The notes beneath the pieces are model-generated. The model did not search any database and was not told where the DNA came from. It saw only the letters and a program-made list of their open reading frames with translations. Positions 25,082 through 40,922 of a stretch of DNA of 64,000 nt are shown piece after piece. Positions within the stretch are counted from its first letter, which is position 1; each line of letters begins with the position of its first letter. Origin of the DNA: Klebsormidium nitens (taxonomy: Eukaryota; Plantae; Klebsormidiophyceae); assembly GCA_000708835.1 (NCBI GenBank), contig DF237315.1:8213-72212 (forward strand), read 5' to 3'. Position numbers and translations under genes: made by a program.

Positions 25082-27958
25082 CTACAGGGCTGTCCGTTTC
25101 CTTGCGGAGTTCATGTACGGCCGGATGACCCACTCATCCTCCGCCTCTGACTGATCCATCGTGCCTAGCTTTACTTGATACAGCCGGAGCTCAAACCTTG
25201 GTCCTACTTCCTTAAGCTCCACGGACTTGGCACCTTTCGGCTTTTCGTATATGTGGTGCCTGCAAGTATCACTTTTCAAAAATAAGCAGGAAACTCAACC
25301 GAAAGATGGTAGACTAGACACCAAAGTAGGAAGCAGAAAGGAAAGCTAGGAGCCTCATTGTAATTGATGCCGAAGCCCGCAAAGCCCGCAGAATCAAGTG
25401 TCGTGCAGCACGTGCCAGCAACCAACAGCAGTTCGAACACAGGGGAAGCGATTGTATGGAATGAGCCGCAAATTCTTACCTGAAGGAGATGTAGTCGCTC
25501 TGATTGGCAAAGGTGATTATCCGTTTTGACTCATCCTTGGGGACGGGGAAGAGGAACTTGAGGATGTTCTGGGTTCGCAGTCCGAGCTGCAAAGGAAAGG
25601 GAACCATTTATCCTCCAGATCAAATGAGACCGCTACGAGTTTAGGAATGGCAATTGCTGCGATCGAGTGGCAAGCCGGAGTTGTGAGCCAATCAATGGTC
25701 TGGTAAGCATGCAGAGCCGTTCGACAAGAGGACGAACTCAGCAAGCCGAAACAGCTTCCAGAAAATCAGCCTTCTCTTGGACAGGCGCCTTTCGCACAAC
25801 CAGTAATCGAAGAACAGGATTCAGAAGAAACAGCCATCAACGAGCGAGCCTCAGTGGCAGTCAAGTTTCAAACGGACGGGTCAACAATCCAATGTCCTTG
25901 ACTCCTCTCAATTTTGTCGCTGACTGAACATGTCCGGAAGCATTATACCCAACACCACAACAGGTCCCCGCACCGAACAAGACTCCATTGATTTTACTGT
26001 CGATCGCCCCTTCGACTTCACCGCGACCCCAAAAGGCGTTCCAGAAATTCTCCGCTTCTCCTCAACGTTCCTGATCGCCCTCCGATGCAGAATTCAAGCT
26101 CAGCCATGCAGTTGCCGAGAGGCCGCTGCTTCTGTTTGCGCGTTCAAACTAGACGCATGCGTGACCAAGTTCCCAGAGGGCCTCAAAGTTCGGCCGCATT
26201 TAGACAGATTTGAAACGAAGATAGCCTCACCAGATCCTATCCCTCGTCCAGGATAGCACAGAAGCATACAGACAAACGTCTCAATCTCTCACCTTTGTGT
26301 TGAAATTGTTCAGGATCAGGTGCGGAAACGCTTCCGACATCGTCCCGACAGCCGCACGGTCCTTGATGTCGTGCCGCGTGACCACGTTGGACAGTCCGAA
26401 GTAGGCCGTCGGTCCGAACGGTAAGTGGCACACGACCAGACCGTCCGGCTCCCCTCGGTGCTCGTGGACCATTACGATGTCGGTAAAATCGTTCGAGCGG
26501 CAGGCCTCGACAATCTGGGAGATGACTTGCCCGCCCCGATTGATGCGCTGGGCGTTCGGAAACACGATCTTGAGCTCCTGGTAAGGCAAACATGGTTGTT
26601 AGCTCAGTTTGGATCAAATTGGGGGCGCACATTCTTTCACAGTCAATCAGCAATAGCAATGATGCAACTCAGAGAGTTCTGTATCTGGTGGTCCTGACTT
26701 TAAGAAGCTTTGGAAGGTGATCCTAAGATTCGACCTGTGTGACAACTATGAAGGAGCTTCAACGACATCTTTGTTTGTCCGTGCGTTGGGATGGTGGCGT
26801 GCTCTGACACCAGAAAGCAGACAGGGCTGCAGTCATCCATGTAACCGCACAGCTTGAATCATGTCACAAAGCCAGACTGTCACTTCTGCAATGCGCTTCC
26901 CCCATCGCACACATCAAAAATGTGAATCAATTCCAGCTTTGATCGGCACAGGTTCAGTCGTGTAATCTGCACCCATCAATGATAGGGTCCCGCGGATCGT
27001 GATGGTTTCTGCGCCCACCTTGACAAACTGCGTGAGGCGGCTGCTCGGATCCCTCGACGTTGTGAGCAAAATTTTGGGGTCCCTCTCTCCCGCCCTGGCA
27101 TATTCATCATCTATGTGCGTGCGCTGCTCTGCTGTGACATCATCTTCTAACTCGATTTCTTGCCGCAGGGCCGCCTCCTCGTTCCGCAGCTCAGTTGGAA
27201 TTGGCTTGCCCTCTGAAACAGAAGCGTAGGGTTCAGGCATGATTCTGAACATGCTCAATACAAAAGACGGGCCACATCATCCGGATCCAACCTATTTGGC
27301 CTCCATATGAGAACAGAGGACACGAAAGAGGACAGCGAATATCTGCACATTAAGTCCTTTTTTTAAACCATCTTAAAGAAAAGCCTGCTTCTTCTCTTAC
27401 CACACCACGTTTGTTAAAAGAAGCCTGGTCTCTGCCTACCACCACCATGATTGCTAGGAACAAATCCTAGTTCTTTGCGTACCACCACTTGATGGGAGAA
27501 TGTTCTGACCTGTCCTTAGAACCCCAAAGCTGATACGGGTGTTTTCAAGTTTCCAGTCTACAAAAAACTGCCTCAAACTCTGTGCTTGAAGAAGCATCTA
27601 CGTGCGGTGCATATCTCTAGCCTGGTTCACAACCGGTGGCGTCGGAAGAACCTCAAGTTTTAGGGTTTGGACAGGCCATTACCGTCCCCTCTCCCCAGAC
27701 CGTCTTTCACCGACGGATTGCTGAATGCTGGCCTGAAACTGACTCTGAAACACTAGTTGCAGGAACAGAGCTCTTGGTTCGGGAAACTCGACAAGCAAAG
27801 AACAGCTCACAGAGGCCGCTAGACTTGACTTGACAACACGGCTTACCCGCAAGCGCCTCCCTGATCTTCCGCTTCCTTTCATAGACCGCTCGCTCCTTGC
27901 CCTCAAGGCTCTTCCTATAAAGGTACTCCCGTCGCAAGCGCGCGTTACGCCGCAGCAT
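25082..27958 (-). CDS. IMP4: U3 snoRNP protein IMP4 (Brix domain), 5 exons
   Basis: Exons 27958-27847, 27212-27019, 26577-26293, 25586-25480, 25259-25082. They translate to MLRRNARLRREYLYRKSLE..., HEHRGEPDGLVVCHLPFGPTAYF, LFPVPKDESKRIITFANQSDYISFRHH and EVGPRFELRLYQVKLGT, all canonical IMP4 motifs. Confidence 0.96.
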
Positions 27959-30900
27959 GTCTGCCGTCAACCGCACCACTATCTTCCACAATTAATAACA
28001 CTCAAAAAAGGTGGTGGCACAGTCGTTAAGGATCCTGCGTTTTGCAACTTTTAAATCTTACTGTGGAAACAAGCCAAACTGCCCGGAACGGAAGAAGAGC
28101 CTTGAAAAGTTTGGTAAGTTGAACAGTGAAGATGTCAGGGTAGGCGAAGCAGGCGAAGCTCAAAGCTTGTTGCAGCAAAATTTTGGGGTTTAGGTAAACC
28201 CCATTGCAGGTAAACCCCATTGCAAAAGCGAACCTGTCTACGCGCACTCTTTTGAATTCAAAACATGGTTTGGCAAAGTCGGGTTTGGTTTGCCCTGGCT
28301 TGCTGCATTTCTTCTTGCTCTTCTTCTTGCTCTTCTTCAAGTTGAACTTGCGTGCATCAGATTAGAGCTCGCTGCCTGATCCAGGTCTGTTTGGTCCTGA
28401 GATCTTTGAGCATCTGGCAGTGGTGGTTGGAGAAGCTCACGATTCTGGCGTCTTTGTGCCATCAGATCAAGCACATGCAGGGGGGCGGGTAGTGTCAGCG
28501 AAAGTCAGCTGATCTGAAGCATTTTAGTGGCTGCGGGAGTGACGTGGAAGTGCTTCCATCCCAAAGTGCAGCTCTTGAACGCAGAGCTATCGAGTACGAA
28601 TGGAGCGCTGGCTAAACATGCACTAGATGGGTGCCAATTTTGCCGTGCAAAGCCACGATTCGCTGGCCCCTGATGAGGATGAGGCCTTGCCAACACGCTG
28701 GACTTACCAGGTCAGTTAGAGAGGAAGACGAGAGCTTGTGGTGCATATGGATTTTGAAGTGAAGGCGGATTTATGGATATCTCCATCTAGATCCAGCCTC
28801 AGGCTGGCTCCAAAAGGCTTTCCATTTTTGACACCACCACAGTTCCCAAAAAGTTGCTGAAGTAGATCTACCGTACTTGCCCCATCAGTTTGAGGAAGGC
28901 AGCTGATGGCCATGTCAATAGACAACTTTTGGTGCTGACAAATGATGACTGGAGATCCATGACAGACACATCGGAGATGTTGGCAAACTGCGCAAGGGGA
29001 TCAATCTGGAAAAGGCGGCAATCCGAATGTAGGCAGGCTGTTTGTAGCTTCCTCTGGCACCATTAATCAGATTAACAGAATCAGATACAGTATGTGGAGC
29101 CCTACAAGCTCTGGAGGAGGTGCATCATTTTGTATCCTATCTGTAGGGGGCTTACCTGGTTGACATGCTTGACTCACAGGTAAGTTTGTCGTCAGTAGCC
29201 TCTTGGCATGTACTCTAAAGGCTCAGCTTTCAGAATTTTCACACGGACTCTGAATATTGGATTCCTGGTTCCTTCATTCAGGAAATCGACCATTACTACG
29301 AGGTAAAGTTGGGGCGCAGTTCAGCGGTACCACCGCAAGAGAAGAAAGGTCAGTTGCACAACCTGAGGCCAAGGAAAGACCCGCTCTGTGTGGCAACTTG
29401 AAGGCCCTTTCCTTGCCCTGTTCAGTTCACTCCTTAAACGGTTGGCCCACACACTGCATACCATCGGTCTCTCAAGCACAATAAAAGCACTCCTGATAAG
29501 CAATTAGAGGTTGAAGGATGGAACTGCTTCAGTTGATCACAAGGCAACAACTTTGAAAGCTTCACACATTCCTTGTGAAATCAGATTCAATGAGTTGCTG
29601 GTTACAATTGCCTCAACTTTGTGTCTTTTCTGAGCCCGTCACTTTGTCTCTGGCAGTTCCTCGCGAGATACAAGGGTGGGGTGCTAGGCGTCCTCTCGTC
29701 CAGCTTGGAATGGGGTCAACTACTAGTACACAAGTAAATGCAGGGCCGGCTGCAGCCGGACCCACAGAACGGAAGAAACGAAGCGGGGCGAGACCAGGTA
29801 AGCCACCAGGCCAGTCAAACTTGCCAGGTCAACCAGATACGCAGCTCATTCTCAGGCAAGAATTCAATTTGGTTCAAGACCTCCACCCATGTTAGCAATC
29901 AGCAGTGGAACGCCCTTGAAAGAAGTGCGCGATTCAATCGACGAAGATAGAAAAGTTCTCCATTTAACGAAGTTATCTCATTGTAACTGTTGCCCTTCTC
30001 TCTCATTCTTGCAAAGATTGTGTCCAAAGTGAATTCAAGACTGCATACCAGCAACTTGCCGACTTTGATTGCTCACTGGGTAAACTGAAGAAGAACGACA
30101 TCAGGCAGTCTGACTCCGCTCCAAAATCGAAGAAGCAGACTTATTGCTGCCGTTGATTTGAGGAAGAACTTGATTGGTGAGATGAACCTCTCGAACTCTT
30201 CTGCTCTAGCCTCCTTCTTACTAATCTTTCATCTTTCTGTCATGTAGAGAGACAGGCCAACGTTGGGTACAACCTGTGAGATTGCTCGTGCAGGTGGTGG
30301 TGACGTCACATATGGAGCTGCCGCTAATGGGAGAGCGCCAGTTGGTGGCTCGGAAAGGGTCTCTGTAGCGGTAAGCTGTTGTTGGCAGTCTCAAGCCCGC
30401 GTCCAGCGCTCAGGAGAAAGTGTATGGCCTCCTCACGCACAGACTGAGTTCGGAGCCAGACTCGAGAGGCTCAGACTCGAGAGACTTGGTTTGCAATGGT
30501 CCATGGCTTCAATGCAAGAAGTATACATTGCGTCAAATTCGCTCTGCAATTGAGTCAAACTCGCTTCAAAATTGAGTCAGATAGGTTCTGTGACATTGTA
30601 GGTACGATCTGAACCTGCAATCCTTTTTGCCGTCAAACATCCCTCTTGCCAGAAGGCTCGCCTACCCTCTCAAGATTCCAGTCAATGACAAGCTTTCAGT
30701 TTTCAGTTGCTGTCTATTCCAGATCCCTTGTTGAGAGAGGTGCGGCATAATCTCTCTGCAGGTGAGGCGAGGGACCGGCAGACTGGCCGGCAGTCCTTCA
30801 GCCAGTGAAAGCTCGCTCAGCAGCTCGGTGAGCTGTTGCCACACCCTGTTTGTTTGGAAAAATCAGAAGGTCTTCAACCTCCTTAAGCGTGTGGGCGCTT

Positions 30901-31389
30901 GCGTATGAGCTGGAGCACCTTGCCTTTTGACCACGACGAGGATTTTTTCCGGTTGGAACACTGGGTTCACGGTTTCGGAGGAAAAAGACTGGTCCGGCTC
31001 GGAAAAAGGTCCAAAGGAAGGGCAACAGAAACGAGCTACTGTTGTCGCTCGAGCCTCCTCGCGGCATCCACTGCAGAGCAGAAGACATCACGGTCGCTTC
31101 GATTTTGCGTCTCTTATGTCGTGCCTGTTTGTCTTGCTGAGAGCTCTTGGTGAAATTTGATGGCAGACCGATCGAGATGGACAAATCTTCTTCGTACCTT
31201 TCGGTGACATCGCTAATGAAAACGTCTCATCACGCCTCTGCAGTCAATAGCCTTCTTCCGAACATCTGGCCCGCTTTCTCTGATGGTCATTTTCTCTAGA
31301 TCGTCGATTGGAGCGACTGGAACAGACGACAATAACCAACGGGTCGACATGATCGAGGCATCACCTATCTTGAAACCCTTCTTCTCCAG

Positions 31390-34527
<3,138 letters not shown>

Positions 34528-35522
34528 GTTGCTAGCGGTCCGGATATCCCCACCGCTTAGGAAAGGGATAGGAGCTTTGCAAAATGAAGATTCGAGCAGC
34601 CTTGTATGCTAGGTGCGCTGCAATCAGTACTGGTAGGAGGTAGACGAAAGCTGCAAGTGATAGTCTTTGATTGACGGCTCCGACGTATGTCGGCCAATGA
34701 ACGAGGTTCAACCGATTGAACTATCCAGTTACTGCACGCGATTCTTTGTCCTAGGACACGACAACCTGAGCCAAGCAAAGTAAAGAACATACTTTCTGAG
34801 GCATTCGACGCTCGGAAGCAGTCAGTCCTCCAAGTATACAACACTTTGGGCTGTTGCTTTCCTAGAATTATCTTGCCAGCTGAAAAGTCTGTCATGCCTC
34901 GCAAGTTGAAGAAGTTAACATGGATACTCTCCTCTCCTTGAAACTCTGCACGTGGCGCGCGCTCCGTTGGTGTGCACGTTGGACGGGTGGCATATACTTT
35001 GATCGTTCATGACTCATGCCCAAATATTAGTTGGCTCATGATGGCACCTGTCACGCGTAAGGATTCTTCAATGAGTTACTCTACAGCTGCAACTTCGCGA
35101 TAATCGTTGCTATAATGTTGTATGTATACCTGCCTTTTGATGCGCAATTTTTTGATGCGCAATTAAGCACTTTGCAGATCTCAATGATCGCCGGCTGGCC
35201 CATTCAATATCTAGCTACGTATATCTGTCCGTTCAGTGGCCGAACTAGAATAGGCGCGGAGTTGGGGCTGCTAAAACTCGTGGAATACTCGACTCATCGA
35301 TATACATGATCCATTGCATGACAGCCACATGTATAGGAAATGACGTACGTGAAAGTGTTTACTTGGAATGGCTAGGTTTGGACGTTGCAGGTTTTCATTG
35401 CTTCTAAAAGTGGCAATATGCGGGGGACTCGGGCTGCGCCATTTCTTTCCACATCCCCCATTGGGCAGTACTTAGCCGAGTCTTTTGCACAACAAGGCTT
35501 TGCCACCTGTACCCACTTGGCA

Positions 35523-37599
35523 CTACTTGCTCTGCTCTAGTACGCGGGTCTGCTCCGCGAGAATTTCCGTTATGGAGGTTGCTTCGGGGTCCTGCGAGAC
35601 GCGAGCTAGTCCATATAAGCAAACGTACTCAAGATAAGCTACGCGGATCAACCACGCTTCATCGCGCTTTACATCTGCGCAGGACAGTACGTTGCAAACC
35701 CGACCACGTTTATCGAGCTTTGCATCTGCGCAGGACGATAAGTTGCAACAAACAGCGCTGTTGATTACCCGGTTAAAGATGCTTTGACAACGGTGAGGAG
35801 TAGTATGATAGCGTGACAATCAACAAGACCCTAAAGGCTCCTCTAGAGCGCAGAGGCTATAGAAGGCGAGCTGATGCGATACGCTCACGTGGCAAGCTCA
35901 CCTGAACAAACTTGTCAATCGACTGCTGGTCGGGAAAGGGCGGTCCGTTGAAGCCGGCCCCGCACAACACCAGGTGAATCTCGCGCTCTCTGTCCAGTTG
36001 GGCAAACCTTATGCTCCTTTCCCGCTCGTGCGCCTCTAATGCATCCAAGATCAAGCGTTCCCACTCGGCGAGGCTCGGGCCTGACTCCGCCACAACGAAA
36101 GCCCGCACTGTCTCCAGGAAAGCGGTCGGCTCATCTGCGTCTAGCATTTTGACCACGCTCACCTCTGGCCTCCCTACTTTAAAGCTTCGGGAGTAGTCTT
36201 TGAAGGCTTTGTAATACTTGACATCCCCAATCAGCGGAGAAGCTATTACTGTCACGGGCCAGACGCTCTTCAACTCCGCGAGTCTCCGCTCAATCTGTAT
36301 GAGCTGATCTAGCGTCAGAGCCCTGACGAGCGGCCGTTCCGTTGCAGGGTCGAAGCTCCGCTCTCCGAGCATGAAGCGGATCGCGAAAGCGACGGCTTCC
36401 GCCGGATCCAACCGCAGCTTCGCCGGGAGACACCGAAAGCAGTCCCAGTCTGAGCGATCCAGGTCGGGGGAAACCGGTGTGATGCAGGGGAAGCCAGCCA
36501 TTCCGAGCACAAGGTGACCGGAAAGGCACACGAATCCGGTCATGAGCATGTATCGTCCGTTGGCAAAGTTTGTCTCGTCCGGATTGTCTGCCCTGACATC
36601 CGCCAGAAGATGGTCGTAGGATTCCGCTGTGTAAGGACCGATAAAGGAGGAGTCGGGGAGAGGAAATGTCTGCGCGCCACAGTAGGGGCAAGCCGCGGCG
36701 AAGTCTTCGTCCAGCTCCGAAAAGTTACCGTATCCCACTCCTTCGTACTCGCTTGTTGGTGTTGTCGTCTCCTTCGAGCTGACCTCATTTTCCCCCTTTC
36801 CCGAATTCAAGCTGGTGTCTTGAGCGAAATCGGGGGCTTCATCTTTCACCTCAAACAGCTCATACCCTCCCCCCCAATCCAAGTTCTCTTCACCCAGCTT
36901 CTCCTTCCGGTTCAGACACGCCGCTGCCCCGGTCGCTTGAGCGATCTCCGAGCGCTCAAAGTTTCTGAGCATGCCCCGAAACGGCAGGACGGGCGGCCGG
37001 GACACATACTCGTGCGTACCTTCCCGACGAAGCGCGGCGCGGTGGTACCTCTCACAGTACGACCGGCGCGCGACGAAGATCTCGTCTCCCCAAAAACGAG
37101 CGTCCAGAGACAGGGTCTGTCTCGCTTCTTCCCGCGAAACCCTGTGGAAACCTCTGGGCAGCTCTGTTTCGACGTGCCCCCGGCACTCGGTCCATTCGTA
37201 CCGTCCCCATAGCGCGTCAGACTCCAACACCGGCTCGAAGGTCGGGAATAGAATTCCCGGGCAGTAGACAAGCAGCTTGAACAGCCCCCTCCATCCGCCC
37301 GGGGGATCCCCCGCCCCTGGATCGTAGTAACCCAGCTCCTCAACCAGCCCTGCTGCATGCGTCATGCACAGCTCCTTCCAGGTGACGTCATCCAAGATCT
37401 GACGCCACTCCTTGCAGACTGCTCCTAACGGGACAAGGTCTTTTGGATGGGGCCCTACTTTGGCAAAGACTCGCTGCAGGATGTCTGGGGCCAGATATGG
37501 AAGAGCACTGCGCGCTTCTGAAACGCCATACTCTGCTTCAACATCTCCGGAAGAGGAGAAAAATGAGCAGGGATTGCGGAGCTGTGCGGTACGCTGCAT
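35523..37599 (-). CDS. EID1/EDL-like F-box protein, copy 1 (open frame; large exon 37599-35902 plus small terminal exon 35591-35523)
   Basis: F-box LPYLAPDILQRVF...CKEWRQIL..TWKELC. EID1-family-like GGWRGLFKLLVYCPG, RGH, FRGM.RNF.RS, CPYCG and FVCLSGH. Donor CAG|gtgagc at 35902; acceptor cgcag|GAC at 35591. Confidence 0.8.
35651..35748. repeat. 52-bp tandem duplication in intron
   Basis: accacg.tt.atcg.gcttt.catctgcgcaggac...gttgcaa at 35651 and 35703. Confidence 0.8.
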
Positions 37600-37800
37600 G
37601 CTGGGATTTTCCTAGGGGATCAAGTTGTTGCCAGGTCTGCAAAACTTATCATACCGCTTGAATTTTCTGGCCTACCGGCGGCTTGCACTGCTCCGGGATG
37701 CTCCGGGATCCAGGTGTCGCCAAGATGTCAAAAGTTGAAAGGATTTCAAATCATGCTACAGCAACAAGTTTACGTCGCTCTAGCTGCGCGTCACGTGTGC

Positions 37801-37890
37801 GCGCAGTCACGCGACCGGAGCGCGAGGGTTTACGCGAGGTTCGAGGTTTCCTTCCGAACGCGGCCGCGAGACAGGCACGGCCGACATTTC
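37801..37890. promoter_or_regulatory. Conserved block in putative bidirectional promoter, unit 1
   Basis: gcgcagtcacgcg, cgcgagg, cggccgcg..acaggcac.gccgac are shared with 42795-42903. A CACGTG lies just upstream at ~37792. The block sits in the 374 bp between divergent start codons. Confidence 0.5.
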
Positions 37891-37973
37891 TTGCTCGCGC
37901 GGGGCGCCTGCTCGATCATTAAGAGACTCACGCGTGTCATCAAGTGCAGGCAAGTGTAGTCGAACAGCTGACC

Positions 37974-39320
37974 ATGGGGGGAAGTCAAGGGGGGCGGAAG
38001 CGCCGTCAAAGGGCGGCACGGAGCTCGAACGAAGCCGGTCAAGCTGGTGACAGCGTCTTTGATGCATTATATCCAGAGCTTCTGGACTGCATCTTGCGGC
38101 GGGCGGCGGTCCACAGCTCGCGGGCTTGGAAACGGTTGGCTCTGGTGAACAAAGCCTTCCAAGACTCTGCACTGCGCTGCTCAGGAACCTTGGTGCTCCG
38201 CCGAGGGGGTCTGCTGACAAAGGGGCCGTTGAAGCTGCGACCTCTGCAGGGCGCAGAGGCGTGTGCTGCCCTTTCCAAAGAGATCGGCGCTCGGCCGAGG
38301 GTTTCGAGGCTGGTCCTGAAGGGGGACGTCAAGCTTGCTGCCGCTTTTTTGCCCGCCATTTTAGAGTTTGGAGCCCGCTGGATCTCCTTGGAGGTAGATG
38401 CTCCTGAAACACACTTTGCGAGATATTTGGATCTACTTCCCAAACTGCAGGGATCTTTGAGACGGCTGAAGATCAGTATCAGACGATACTATAACGGTGA
38501 CAGTGATAGGAGAAGCAACAGCAATGCACGCCTAGACTTAAGCGACGTCTTGAGGGAATTCCCGGACCTCGAGAGCCTCACCATCAAGGGTGGACAACCA
38601 CTGGCACTTCCAGCAAGCAAGCAGGGAAATGATCCGGACGCAGAGGACTGGGAACTGCCAAGCAGCAAGCTTCGTAGTCTAAGCATTAGCGAACCAGGTG
38701 TTTGGGATCTGCAGCAGTTCATCTCCTACCTCCCAGCTTGCGTTTGCAACCTGCGCTTGTTGAGGTTGCATTGTTCCGTCAGCTCTCAACGTATTTGGCA
38801 CCGAGTCATAGCTCGGCACACCACCTTTTTGCCCCTGACTCAACTGCAGACATTGCAACTCGATGTACATTATGACAAGACGCTCTCGAGTGCCCTGCTG
38901 GAGGAGGTCACAGACCGGTGCACGTGCTTGCGCCAGCTTTTCCTTTTCTGCTACCCCCGTGTCTCTTACTCTTCGAGGCCCCCTCTGAAGCTTCCCAACT
39001 TTGCAGAGAAGTGTCCCGAATTGGAGCGCCTTGTAGTCAGTCAAGGCGGATCGGTTAATAGCTCTAGTGAGTTCGTACAGATTCTTCGCGAAAGAGGCGT
39101 AGCTGTACCTTCCAGAGCGCAGCAAAACACCAAGATTCTGATTCTTGAAGACGAAGACAACGAACACGCAGAAAAAGTCGGCAAACGATGCTCCGTCACT
39201 TCTCTCACTTGCATCGGTTTGTTTTGGGCAACTCCAATTAATCTGAACGATCCTGTAAATCGCAAGCGCGCTGTTGGGAAGCCTACAGCTGTTCAGAAGT
39301 GGTGCGACGCTTTTTTGTAG
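37974..39320 (+). CDS. Intronless F-box / LRR (RNI-like) protein with basic N-terminus and C-terminal BRCT-like segment, copy A
   Basis: ATG at 37974; GRKRRQR; F-box-like FDALYPELLDCILRR...LALVNKAF; LxxLxL repeats (LRRLKISI, LESLTI, LRSLSI, LRLLRL, LQTLQL, LRQLFL, LERLVV). Confidence 0.8.
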   Translation: MGGSQGGRKRRQRAARSSNEAGQAGDSVFDALYPELLDCILRRAAVHSSRAWKRLALVNKAFQDSALRCSGTLVLRRGGLLTKGPLKLRPLQGAEACAALSKEIGARPRVSRLVLKGDVKLAAAFLPAILEFGARWISLEVDAPETHFARYLDLLPKLQGSLRRLKISIRRYYNGDSDRRSNSNARLDLSDVLREFPDLESLTIKGGQPLALPASKQGNDPDAEDWELPSSKLRSLSISEPGVWDLQQFISYLPACVCNLRLLRLHCSVSSQRIWHRVIARHTTFLPLTQLQTLQLDVHYDKTLSSALLEEVTDRCTCLRQLFLFCYPRVSYSSRPPLKLPNFAEKCPELERLVVSQGGSVNSSSEFVQILRERGVAVPSRAQQNTKILILEDEDNEHAEKVGKRCSVTSLTCIGLFWATPINLNDPVNRKRAVGKPTAVQKWCDAFL

Positions 39321-40922
39321 CAGACTGAGTATTTGGATGATGGGAAGAGTAGCGCAAGCTGATACAAGAGACTATCCTGTTTCAAGCTGAAACCGATTGC
39401 GAATATTATCTTCTAACGAGTATGCCTTAATTTCTCTTAGACAAGGTGCTGAAGAAGTGTCGTGTGATTACAGCAAGGACTCGAAGAACAAAAGATGGCA
39501 AAATGCAGCACTCCTGGATGTCAGAAGAGAGCCGGCACTCCTTTTCGCATTGAAGCGACGAAGGTTCAGGGCCAATATATATGCATGATGTAAAAGTAGC
39601 AAGATCTCATGTGTACCTGTTCCATGCACCTGGATTTGTTTGGTACCCACACGAGGGTACAAGAAAACGACTTGAAGCCTCATTCAGGTCCTCAAACGGC
39701 CGGGTAATTACTCAATCTCAAACGCGGCATGCATAATTGATAACTGGCAGATTTAGCAACAATGTGTATTCTCCGCAGATGAGACGCAACATTTCTGGTC
39801 CGCCACGCCTATTATGATGCTTGTCAGTGCTTGATGGATACTTAATTAGTATGCTTGCCTCTTTTCAGGAGAACTTAGCGCTCATACAAAAGTGAGTACT
39901 CCCTTGGGCAAGCGCAATATGCTGGGGGACGTTACAACCGCGACTCATTCCATTTGTCGTCTTATCAAAGAACTAGAAAACTCACGTGCAAGGCATGAAG
40001 TGCAAGCTAGCTTGAAGAAGCAGAACAATACATGATCATCGCGGGAAAAAATGGCAAGTCCAACGAGCATATTTGGGCTTCAATAAATCTAGATGCATGC
40101 CTGTGGTAAAATGGCGCCAGCAAAGGTCATATTTCTACTCGGACTGTAGTGTGCAACTTCCAGAGGTGAACTGGATCGAAGAAAGTTCAGAGATGTTCGC
40201 CCTACTCAAGAATCATGTCAGATGGAGATTTGGATTTGTAATCGACCCGCCGCAAGTCAGACAACGTCCTCGTTTCTATGCATCCATAATAAAACACCCC
40301 CACTAATTGAAGAAGGCAACTGCAACACGTCATGTAAGCTCGATCGGGGGCAGCGCTCTGCTGAGTTGTGTACAAAAGCTTAAGAGTCTGTGACCACTAC
40401 GCACTCATTTCTCAATCTTTTGACTACGCGGACCTGCTGATCTAAAAACCTCCACCACGGAGATAAGCATGCAGTCCTGTAAAAGAAGCTGAAACCGTTA
40501 GCCTTGACAGCGCGCGACGCTGACCACCTTCACCTGTTCATTCGAGGCCGGTGAGAAATGACCTGTAGTATTCAATAAGCAACACGTTCATGAGTCAGTA
40601 TCTGGAAAAGCAACTTCTGCTTGACGTTGACCTTTTGAGTGGCCACACGACGCGACAGATTCAAAGATGGCTCCCCAATCCAGGACTGAGGAGCCTTTGG
40701 TCCAACAATAAAGGATGAAATGCTCAAACCTCAGTCCTCAACGGATCCGCAGGACCCCTTCTCGGCCTAAGCCTCTAACTGACCCGGAACCGTCTCAGAC
40801 TTTCCACCCTCTTACAATCTCAAGAGTCGAGACAGAACTTCTAAAGTATGAGTCTTCTGACAAAGGATACCTCAACGAATGTACGCGCCCCACGTGGCAT
40901 GAAACTCACCTCCATATTCGTT

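Noticed and set aside
28260-31160. Possible extra gene or katanin 5' exons (e.g. minus-strand exon-like IDPLAQFANISDVSVMDL..., plus-strand MLAISSGTPLKEVRD)
   Set aside because: No recognisable motif (no LisH found) and no consistent exon chain could be built; needs RNA-seq.
40741-40775. ccgcag|gacccc similar to the EDL terminal-exon acceptor
   Set aside because: Wrong strand for copy 2 and followed immediately by a stop.
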